DNA of 64,000 nt from a virus (Duplodnaviria; Caudoviricetes). The stretch covers positions 32,001 to 96,000 of IMG/VR virus record IMGVR_UViG_3300033068_001847. One strand, 5' to 3'. This document shows, piece by piece, positions 30,406 through 38,128 of the stretch (its first letter is position 1; each line of letters begins with the position of its first letter). The notes beneath the pieces were generated by a model. The model saw only the letters and a program-made list of their open reading frames with translations, did no database searches and had not been told where the DNA came from. Made by a program: the position numbers and the translations under genes.

Positions 30406-31236
30406 CTATTTTTTCTCTAAATCTTTAATTATCAAATCTCTTATATATTCAGACATTGTTACATGTAATCCTTGTTCAATAGATAATTCTTTTAATCTAT
30501 CAACAACATCATTATATATCTCTTTTTCCACACGTACTGGTGGTATTTTTAACGGTTTAAGGGTTACATTATTAATAAACTCACCTAATATTTCTCTTGT
30601 ATACATTTTATCTCTATCACCATTCATATAACGTTTTTTAACATCTGAATCTTCATGAAATAAAGGTTTAAGTGAAAGTTTATGAAAGTAATTACTTTCA
30701 TTAGTAAACATTTCATAAAACCAACCCTTCTTTTCCATCGGTGTAGATATAACAATAAGTTTACCTCCTGTTGATAACATCGGTAATAAGGAAATCCAGA
30801 AATTATCAAGATTCTTTATAAAAGCAGCCTGATCTATAATTACTATATCTGGTGTATATCCACAAAGTCCTGATTCATTAACAGTTCTAGCTTCGATACT
30901 ACCTGCTAAAAACTCTCTTCTAAATAAATTTTTATAAGTGATATCATCATTACCGATCTTATCAATTTTAGCTAAAAAATGTTTACCGTTTTCTTGTTTA
31001 ACACCAAAATATAAAATAGATTTATCATAGTGGAGTACTGCATAAGCTGCTGCGAAAGTAGAACATCCTGTTTGTCTAGGTGATTTAATTATAGTGAACT
31101 GGTTATTTTCAACAGCATCATAAAATAATAAAGCATTTTCTTCATTTAATTTATATCTTTCTTTTTCAAATTTCTGATTATTAATTGATATAGTTTTCTC
31201 TATATTTTTAATATACATTTGTTTTTTTAAATCCAT
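30406..31236 (-). CDS. Degenerate terminase-large-subunit ATPase domain fused to a C-terminal ribbon-helix-helix-like segment
   Basis: KSPRQTGCST (Walker A with K to C), IVIIDQAAFI (Walker B with E to Q), LIVISTP; no nuclease domain; C-terminal PVRVEKEIY...MSEYIRDLIIKDL. Confidence 0.7.
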   Translation of the reverse strand: MDLKKQMYIKNIEKTISINNQKFEKERYKLNEENALLFYDAVENNQFTIIKSPRQTGCSTFAAAYAVLHYDKSILYFGVKQENGKHFLAKIDKIGNDDITYKNLFRREFLAGSIEARTVNESGLCGYTPDIVIIDQAAFIKNLDNFWISLLPMLSTGGKLIVISTPMEKKGWFYEMFTNESNYFHKLSLKPLFHEDSDVKKRYMNGDRDKMYTREILGEFINNVTLKPLKIPPVRVEKEIYNDVVDRLKELSIEQGLHVTMSEYIRDLIIKDLEKK

Positions 31237-31262
31237 AATTATAAATAGTAAGATTTAAAAAA

Positions 31263-31296
31263 TTTGTAATACCTTTTTGTATTTATGTATTACAAA
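31263..31296. promoter_or_regulatory. 10-bp perfect inverted repeat (TTTGTAATAC-N14-GTATTACAAA), candidate operator
   Basis: Read directly; lies just upstream of the promoter motif of the RHH-containing gene. Confidence 0.45.
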
Positions 31297-31325
31297 AAAC
31301 CCTCAGAGTTTTAATTCCGAGGGTT
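31294..31325 (-). terminator. Rho-independent terminator
   Basis: AACCCTCGGA-attaaaac-TCTGAGGGTT followed by TTTT on the minus strand. Confidence 0.8.
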
Positions 31326-31326
31326 C

Positions 31327-31356
31327 ACCGTAACATTAACTAACGGTCCTAAGTCA
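31327..31356 (-). ncRNA. Candidate small RNA/3'-UTR element complementary to 23S rRNA helix 69
   Basis: Plus strand ACCGTAAC-ATTAAC-TAACGGTCCTAAG versus 23S GCCGTAAC-TA-TAACGGTCCTAAG; directly 5' of the terminator on the transcribed strand. Confidence 0.45.
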
Positions 31357-31377
31357 AATTAATGTTTATTTTAAATA

Positions 31378-31773
31378 TTATTGTTCTTTACCGTATTTTT
31401 GTTCCCACCTATCTTGTACTAATTTCAAAGCTGCTACACCATCTTTCTCATCACAAAGTAACCTGATAGCTGTAATTTTAGCTTTATCTCCTTCAACAAA
31501 TTTAATTGCTGAAGCTCTATGGTGACCATCTAATATATGATCCTTCAAAGAGATGTAAATAGGTTTTGCTGTTTTTATATCGGTTTGTTTAGACATTTTC
31601 TTAATTTTATCTAAATCAACTTCTTTTTGTAATGGTTTAAGTTGTCCTACAGATACAATCACTGGTCTTACGTGTATATCAAATTCAAGTAGCGTATCCT
31701 TTACAAATCTGAAAGGTGCACTTACTTGCGGTAAATAAAACGGCTGTATCGGCTTCTGTTTTTGTTCTTCCAT
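31378..31773 (-). CDS. ParB/sulfiredoxin-like domain protein
   Basis: LKPLQKEV..KI..KPIYIS..HILDGHHR motif. Confidence 0.75.
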   Translation of the reverse strand: MEEQKQKPIQPFYLPQVSAPFRFVKDTLLEFDIHVRPVIVSVGQLKPLQKEVDLDKIKKMSKQTDIKTAKPIYISLKDHILDGHHRASAIKFVEGDKAKITAIRLLCDEKDGVAALKLVQDRWEQKYGKEQ

Positions 31774-31787
31774 TTCCTATAAATATC

Positions 31788-32204
31788 CTAATAAATACAT
31801 ATTACATGTTTAGGTTTAATATCTACTGTAATTACAGTGACTCCATCAGCATCAGTATAATCACAAACACCAAAATCAATATTTAATTCATCAATTATTA
31901 TTTGCATTTTTGAAATTTCAGTACCTGTTAGATCTAAGTCATGTATGAAAAAAGAACACTCATTTTGATTTTCAAAGCTATTAATCAAATTAAAGATTTT
32001 TTGAGTTGTTGAAGGAGCTACGTAGTCATATAATTTAATTTCAATATTAGACCAGACACCATTTTTATAAGTTGGTTTAGTTATACTACTCACCATCCAA
32101 GATTCAATACCAGTAGATACATCAAACTGTACAATAAATCGACAAATCTTTTTTAATTCGCATTCAATAAATAAATGACCAGTAGATGTTCTAAAATTAT
32201 TCAT
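31788..32204 (-). CDS. Tail tube protein (T4 gp19-like) paralog
   Basis: RFIVQF..GIESW..KP..WSNIEIKLYD..PST.Q..LD.TG..I..IDFG.CDY pattern of gp19-like tube proteins. Confidence 0.6.
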   Translation of the reverse strand: MNNFRTSTGHLFIECELKKICRFIVQFDVSTGIESWMVSSITKPTYKNGVWSNIEIKLYDYVAPSTTQKIFNLINSFENQNECSFFIHDLDLTGTEISKMQIIIDELNIDFGVCDYTDADGVTVITVDIKPKHVICIY

Positions 32205-32205
32205 A

Positions 32206-32451
32206 TTATTCTATTCCTGCTAATCCACTAAGGACATGTATATTCCAATTTGAGTCTCTTCCAGATTTACTTAAAAAGTAAGCTACAGATTCTTCATTAT
32301 TTGGTAATGATTCAGTTTTAATAAATTCATTATAACTTGGTAAAGTATAGTGTTTCATATTACTTACAATCTGTTGTAAATTAACTTCAGTTATTAATTC
32401 TTTTCTATTTAATTGAGTGAACTGATTTTCTGTTAATAATATCTTCTTCAT
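32206..32451 (-). CDS. Hypothetical protein (81 aa), possible internal head protein
   Basis: MKKILLTENQF N-terminal motif. Confidence 0.55.
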   Translation of the reverse strand: MKKILLTENQFTQLNRKELITEVNLQQIVSNMKHYTLPSYNEFIKTESLPNNEESVAYFLSKSGRDSNWNIHVLSGLAGIE

Positions 32452-33086
32452 TATCCTTTTAATGCTTTTGTTAATTTAAGGAATGTAACCGCTTCTTCTA
32501 TTCTAGCTTTGATTGTCTCTTTATCTTTCAAATTTTCATTTACTACTCCAACCATACTACCTAAAATATCATATACACAATTTTCAACTAAATCTACAAA
32601 ATCTGAAGTATTTGTTGGTAATTGTCCGCTAGGTTGTGATGAAGGTAAAACTGCTTCAGTTAATTTAGTAGTAGTTCCTTTAATTCCTTGGGAACGTCTT
32701 TTCATTTCTTCCCTAATATCAAATATAGGTGCAACCTGTTTAGTTGCAGATGGTGAGGATTGTTGTTTTTGTCTAAGTTCTTCCTTAATAACATTTGGTT
32801 TTTTTCCACCTATTAATCCTAAAATTGCTTCTGGATCAACACTGTTATACCCTTTGGCATCAGCTACACTACCCACTTCAACCATTTGAAGTGTACCATT
32901 AGATCCAGCTACTTGTTTAAAATTCAATTCAGTTGCTGAAGGTAGATTTGATTCGTTAATTACTTGTGCTGCAACACGAGGATCTACCGCTCCTGTAGTT
33001 TTAGCTCTCATCAGTTCAGTTTCCTTAGTAACTGTTCCTGCCATCATAGCTGCAAGCATTGCTTTCGCACTTTGTTTATTATCCAT
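32451..33086 (-). CDS. Hypothetical protein (211 aa)
   Basis: Long ORF; TATTTACA promoter variant upstream (33115-33122). Confidence 0.6.
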   Translation of the reverse strand: MDNKQSAKAMLAAMMAGTVTKETELMRAKTTGAVDPRVAAQVINESNLPSATELNFKQVAGSNGTLQMVEVGSVADAKGYNSVDPEAILGLIGGKKPNVIKEELRQKQQSSPSATKQVAPIFDIREEMKRRSQGIKGTTTKLTEAVLPSSQPSGQLPTNTSDFVDLVENCVYDILGSMVGVVNENLKDKETIKARIEEAVTFLKLTKALKG

Positions 33087-33122
33087 AATATAATATATAT
33101 TTATTTAATATTTATGTAAATA

Positions 33123-33797
33123 TTAAATTTTGTCCTTATCATTTTTACCAAAGTTTACTATATTTTTGAATTTATTTCCAAACTTTGTAAACCATGACGG
33201 TGTTGAAGATGTATCAGGTGTAGGAGTACTACTAGTCGTACTTGTAGACGGTGTAGGAGTCGCTGTACTTGGCTGTTTACTAAATGGTGAAGTAGTAGAG
33301 CTTTGTGGGGTAGCTGGTGATGTGGGTGTCCCTGTAGGTGCTACCTGTTGAGCTTGACTATTACTTCCAAATGTTGCTGCCTTAAAGATAATCTTCATAT
33401 CTTTATCATTAGGGTTATACTTAGGTCTAGGTGAAGTAAACCTATCATTACCTGTTTCATTCATGGTTTTAATACCATCAATTCGAAACATACGCCAACC
33501 GGGAGTATAAGTTAATGGATCTACTTTACCCCCATTAGAACCATTCTTTCCCGGTGGATAACTATAACTCACACCATGTACTTCCCAAGCTCGTAAAACT
33601 GCATTATCGTACTGATTGATTCCATAACAGAATGGTTCTATTCGTCTCCATCCTTTTACGTAATCAGGTTTATCAGCATCAAAAGGTGATTCATAGTAAA
33701 TAGTAACCAAACGCTTATCTTCGATAGCCTTGATTATTTTATTACGTTCAACAGTTTCAGTTAATAACTCTTGATATATGTTGGTTAGTTTCAACAT
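33123..33797 (-). CDS. WYL-domain protein with Ser/Thr/Pro-rich tail
   Basis: IIKAIEDKRLVTIYY..RRIEPFCYG..LRAW..WRMFRIDGI is the WYL fold signature. Confidence 0.8.
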   Translation of the reverse strand: MLKLTNIYQELLTETVERNKIIKAIEDKRLVTIYYESPFDADKPDYVKGWRRIEPFCYGINQYDNAVLRAWEVHGVSYSYPPGKNGSNGGKVDPLTYTPGWRMFRIDGIKTMNETGNDRFTSPRPKYNPNDKDMKIIFKAATFGSNSQAQQVAPTGTPTSPATPQSSTTSPFSKQPSTATPTPSTSTTSSTPTPDTSSTPSWFTKFGNKFKNIVNFGKNDKDKI

Positions 33798-33800
33798 TAA

Positions 33801-34007
33801 TTAAATAGCATTAATATCGTAAGGTTTTTGTTTTGTCCATTCATTACGAGCTAGTTGACTTTTCCTTTCGTTTTTATCTAAAGAACTACCATCAACATTT
33901 TTTGTTGTTTCGTTAATGTTGTAAGGTGTTGCAACAGTTCTTTTGTTACGAGCTAACTCAGCAAGTCTTTCAACTTCTGCAATTTGTGATAATTTAGATT
34001 TTGCCAT
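33801..34007 (-). CDS. Hypothetical protein (68 aa) with an internal duplication
   Basis: ER..LARN..T..PY.IN occurs twice. Confidence 0.55.
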   Translation of the reverse strand: MAKSKLSQIAEVERLAELARNKRTVATPYNINETTKNVDGSSLDKNERKSQLARNEWTKQKPYDINAI

Positions 34008-34012
34008 TTTAT

Positions 34013-34783
34013 TTATTTTTTATTTTCTTCAATATTATTTTTGATTTTACTAGTTAGGATTGCATTAATCTTCTTAATTTCTTCCTTAGTTTTCATAATC
34101 AAATCCTTTTTTTCTTTTAACATCTCCCGAAGTGCAACTACCTTATATTTATTAAAATCTTCACTTTCGTTGATTAAATTAAATTGCTCTTCAGTAACTA
34201 TTAACTTTACTTTCATTTCTTCATTCATTGATAAGGGTGTTAGATTGCTGTTATAATCCTTATCATGTGTTTTTCTAAATCTATTTTCCATACCAATTTC
34301 CATTGTAGTACGTTTTTGATTATCCACCATATTTCTATCTGTTGATAACACTGAATTGATCCAAGTTATTGCTGGAGTCCAGTCATCTTGGTATTCATTT
34401 TCAATATCATGTTTGAACCGTTTTACTTGTTCATAATTCATTGTAGGGTTTTGTAAAATACCTTGGATTCTTCTATTACCTTCCCCACTCTTAGATTGTA
34501 AAAACTCAACAACATTATGTGGAACATGGTATTTTTTACCAGTTATTGCTGAATTAGTTTCAACCAATTCATCTTCTTCCAAGAAAGTTGTAAGTAATCT
34601 ATTCTTACCAACTTGTTGCCTTGTAGCATCTACATAACTATCAGTTGTTGCATTAGTTTTTATCTGTTCAGGTGTTTCAACATCATCATTATTACCTATG
34701 ATATTTAAATGACTATCAATTATTTCATTAACAGAAACGTTCTCATTCAATTTTTTAAGTAATTCAGCCTTAGTTATTCTCAT
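34013..34783 (-). CDS. Hypothetical protein (probable start MRITK at 34783), possible head protein
   Basis: The track start (34825) lies in a terminator; TATTTATA at 34797-34804 precedes the ATG at 34783. Confidence 0.6.
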   Translation of the reverse strand: MRITKAELLKKLNENVSVNEIIDSHLNIIGNNDDVETPEQIKTNATTDSYVDATRQQVGKNRLLTTFLEEDELVETNSAITGKKYHVPHNVVEFLQSKSGEGNRRIQGILQNPTMNYEQVKRFKHDIENEYQDDWTPAITWINSVLSTDRNMVDNQKRTTMEIGMENRFRKTHDKDYNSNLTPLSMNEEMKVKLIVTEEQFNLINESEDFNKYKVVALREMLKEKKDLIMKTKEEIKKINAILTSKIKNNIEENKK

Positions 34784-34814
34784 CAAAGTATTTTTATATA
34801 AATAGTATAAACAT

Positions 34815-34842
34815 AAAAAAAGCAACCTGTTACAGTTGCTTT
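34815..34842 (-). terminator. Rho-independent terminator after DNA polymerase
   Basis: AAAGCAAC-tgtaacag-GTTGCTTTTTTT on the minus strand. Confidence 0.75.
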
Positions 34843-34864
34843 ATTCCTCAAATTCTAAAAGTTA

Positions 34865-37800
34865 TTATACACATATTACCTCATTGTAAATATCTTTTTC
34901 TATAACTTCTAAATCTTCGAAAGATCCGAATTCAAATTTTGATAATACCCACCTCATTTCATCTAAAGGCGTTACTATCTCTTCCATTGTTGTTTCATCT
35001 AGTTTAACTAATTTGTTCGTATACTTTATAACAAGATCACCACTTAATAAATAATTCAATTCATTTTTAACTTCAATATCATTTGATTTGAAGAATTCAA
35101 TTATTCTTCGCTCTTGTTCATTCTTAATACTATTTTCTTCGGGTGTTAATAACTTAACATCAGTAAAATCCAAATGGAAATCGTTAAATATCTCTCTAGG
35201 ATCTTTTCCTTTAAGATTCCAGAATTTTACTTCTCGCTCTTCCATCTCAAATAATGGAACATTTTCATGTAACTTTGGATCATAATCCTCAGCAAATAAC
35301 ACGTCCTGTTCACTTTCACCATCCTTATTCAACGGCATACCACTAACTAATTCCATTTCTTTATCAGTAAATCTACCTCTTTTAGTTGGATCAGTTACAA
35401 TCAAATTCTCTCTAACTTCAGGACCGAAACATACGGTAAACATACTCATTCTATTATTGAAGTTGGCTATTGCACGAGGAACATTATACACCCCTGTTTT
35501 AGTTGGGTTTGTTATAATTTCCATTTCATCAATTAAATAACTATGACCAAGATCAGCATGTGATTTACGTGTTCCGTTATTTATATAATACACATTCTTA
35601 CCTAAATCAGGATCTAAATTTGCTGCAATTAATAATTCCATATGGGCTTGTCTGGACATTCCCCTACCATTTTTGTTCTTTTTATGTTCTAAATCGTATT
35701 TGTAATTTGCTACCTTTTGTTTTACTCTACTTTTATTAGCAATCTCTACAAGTGGAATCTGTTGATTATATATCCTTTCTAATTGAGAATAGTAGAGTTC
35801 AATAAATCCTTTTCCATCTCCATCTAATAATAAAGCAATTCCTGTTTTAAAGGTATTTTCAATATAAGCTTGTAATATACTGGATTTTAAACTGTTTCCT
35901 GTTATCTTAATTTTACCTTTTGGTGATTTAGTTGCGTAATTTTTACGAGCAATATTAATGGATGAAGTAAAAATACCATCCTCTTCAAGTTTCATTACAC
36001 CCTTCATATAGGTTTCATTAAACTCAGCTAATACCGCCAAATATCCTGTAATTTCTTCACCAGCTTTATTTACGTATTTAATATCATCAACATTATCAGG
36101 TAAATTAAAGTTAGCTCCATCCGTATCAATAACGATAGGTGTAAAATTATATTTCATGAAATGAGCTATCATTAATCTCAGGTACTGACGACCAGTACAA
36201 GTAATTTCCTCACCTACAATATTATCACCCCAATTAAATATTAAAGGTGATGATAATGCACCGAACTGCGAGTTCGCTAGAATTTTAATAGGTAATTGTT
36301 TAGTATTATATAATGAAGCCAATTCCTTATCTAATGGATTTCCAGTTTCCTCATATAATGCTTGGTGCTTTGCAGATAGTACTTGATATTCAATACGTCC
36401 ATCCCTGAAGTAAGTTAACATATCTTCAAGAACGTTTGTTATATCTAAAGTTGGGAAAACATCATGAGTTAATTGTATTGACGGGTATAGGGACTTGAAG
36501 TCCATTTTTAAAACGTTTGTTTTATATCCTGTTAAAAACAATCTTGATAAACCTCCCACAATGTCTCTCTTTCTATCAACAACAGGTATGGCAACATTAT
36601 TCTCATAAGAATATGTAACCATTAACATTTTCCACTTACCAGCATTACCCATTGTACTGGATCTTACATATGTAGTAGGCATTATACCACCCATCATGAA
36701 ATTTGATTGACTAAATTCATTGTCAACCATTTCAGTTTCAGTTAAGTCATCCAGAAGATACTGTTTTACGACTTCCTTACCTGTTATTAACTCAACATTA
36801 TTTTCATCATCTCCAAAAAATTCACTTATACTTACTAATTTTGGTAGGAGTGTAGATTTATCAGGACTATTCGATACCTTTCTAACTATATCCTTTAATT
36901 TAGTAATATACTCATCAGCTTTATCTTGATATTCGGTTGGAATTATATTATAATTATTGTTTACTTTGTTTATATAATAATTTTTATTATCCTTCCAGAT
37001 GGTATAGATCATATCACCCTTTACATACATACGATTTGGTTTTGCAAACCCTTTGTACTGACAAATATATTTTAGACCCCAACCTTTGATATCACTATTA
37101 ATCGCCTTAGTAGCTCTAACAGCATGGGAAATATCAATAACATTAATTCCCCACATTACTGTTTTTAAATAATTCTCAACTTCTCCACCAAACTTAATGG
37201 TAGATTTTTCACGTTTTAGTGGGCGATCTATATTTAATGAAGTTCTTACATCATAACTGATATTACCATCCTCATCACGAGTACCTAAATCAATTCCTAA
37301 TATATTAGCTCGTTTAATGATAAATTCAAAGTCAAACGCTTCAGAATTATATCCTGCAACAATTGCTGGTTTTAGATCATATATTGTTTGGAAAAATTCA
37401 ATGATCATCTTTTTTTCACTTTCAATAGGATCGTCTAAATCAATTTCAAGAACTTTTGCAAATCCTCTATTATCTTTCATTCCTATAAGGAATATGTTAC
37501 CATCTTCACCTTTTAATGAAGTGGTCTCAATATCAAATAAAAACTTATGAACTGAATCGTAAGATGTGAAACCTTTGAATAATCGTTTCCCTGTAGAAAT
37601 TAAAAATTGTTCTAAACCTGAATAGCTTAGAAACATATTATTTGGATCTTTATGGATTTTATAACCAGCTTTGAAGAAAAACTGCATTAAACTACCGAAA
37701 TTCTTATCAGTACTTACTTTATATTTAAAACCATGTTCTAATCTTGGATGATCATCAGTTCTAAGGGTGGTTACGGTAATACCATGATATTTCATGGCTT

Positions 37801-38041
37801 TATTTAATTCAACTCTATTACCGTATAATTTTTTACCTGCTTTTTTGAAATCTTTAATAAATAAAAATGGAGTAAACTTTTGTTGCTCCATGTATTTACC
37901 CTTTTCAGGGTGATCTATCATTAAAAATACTTCATTACTAGCGTAATCCCCTTCAATACCTGTAATGTACTTTTGTTCGTCTCGTCCCTCTAAGAACGTT
38001 TTAATTTTTGCAATTTTTTGTGATTTTTCTTCCTCTGTCAT
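34865..38041 (-). CDS. Family B DNA polymerase with 3'-5' exonuclease
   Basis: ExoI FDIETT, ExoII GYNSEAFDF, motif A DFKSLYPS, motif B KILANSQFG, motif C IDTDG, and KNYA. Confidence 0.95.
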   Translation of the reverse strand: MTEEEKSQKIAKIKTFLEGRDEQKYITGIEGDYASNEVFLMIDHPEKGKYMEQQKFTPFLFIKDFKKAGKKLYGNRVELNKAMKYHGITVTTLRTDDHPRLEHGFKYKVSTDKNFGSLMQFFFKAGYKIHKDPNNMFLSYSGLEQFLISTGKRLFKGFTSYDSVHKFLFDIETTSLKGEDGNIFLIGMKDNRGFAKVLEIDLDDPIESEKKMIIEFFQTIYDLKPAIVAGYNSEAFDFEFIIKRANILGIDLGTRDEDGNISYDVRTSLNIDRPLKREKSTIKFGGEVENYLKTVMWGINVIDISHAVRATKAINSDIKGWGLKYICQYKGFAKPNRMYVKGDMIYTIWKDNKNYYINKVNNNYNIIPTEYQDKADEYITKLKDIVRKVSNSPDKSTLLPKLVSISEFFGDDENNVELITGKEVVKQYLLDDLTETEMVDNEFSQSNFMMGGIMPTTYVRSSTMGNAGKWKMLMVTYSYENNVAIPVVDRKRDIVGGLSRLFLTGYKTNVLKMDFKSLYPSIQLTHDVFPTLDITNVLEDMLTYFRDGRIEYQVLSAKHQALYEETGNPLDKELASLYNTKQLPIKILANSQFGALSSPLIFNWGDNIVGEEITCTGRQYLRLMIAHFMKYNFTPIVIDTDGANFNLPDNVDDIKYVNKAGEEITGYLAVLAEFNETYMKGVMKLEEDGIFTSSINIARKNYATKSPKGKIKITGNSLKSSILQAYIENTFKTGIALLLDGDGKGFIELYYSQLERIYNQQIPLVEIANKSRVKQKVANYKYDLEHKKNKNGRGMSRQAHMELLIAANLDPDLGKNVYYINNGTRKSHADLGHSYLIDEMEIITNPTKTGVYNVPRAIANFNNRMSMFTVCFGPEVRENLIVTDPTKRGRFTDKEMELVSGMPLNKDGESEQDVLFAEDYDPKLHENVPLFEMEEREVKFWNLKGKDPREIFNDFHLDFTDVKLLTPEENSIKNEQERRIIEFFKSNDIEVKNELNYLLSGDLVIKYTNKLVKLDETTMEEIVTPLDEMRWVLSKFEFGSFEDLEVIEKDIYNEVICV

Positions 38042-38095
38042 TATTTAGAAATTTTAGTTATATACATATTTAAGACCCTGTACCGGGAGTGCTAA

Positions 38096-38125
38096 CTAAA
38101 ATACTACAGAAAGAAAAAAAATCAA
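38096..38125 (-). promoter_or_regulatory. Host-type promoter TTG-N19-TATTTTAG
   Basis: ctaaaata at 38096-38103, 19-nt spacer, caa at 38123-38125; upstream of the DNA polymerase. Confidence 0.7.
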
Positions 38126-38128
38126 GTT

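Noticed and set aside
30406-31236. Calling this the functional large terminase
   Set aside because: Only 276 aa, Walker A Lys and Walker B Glu are substituted, and there is no nuclease domain.
31327-31353. rRNA gene or host rRNA contamination
   Set aside because: Only about 20 matching bases, embedded in phage intergenic sequence with no flanking rRNA similarity.
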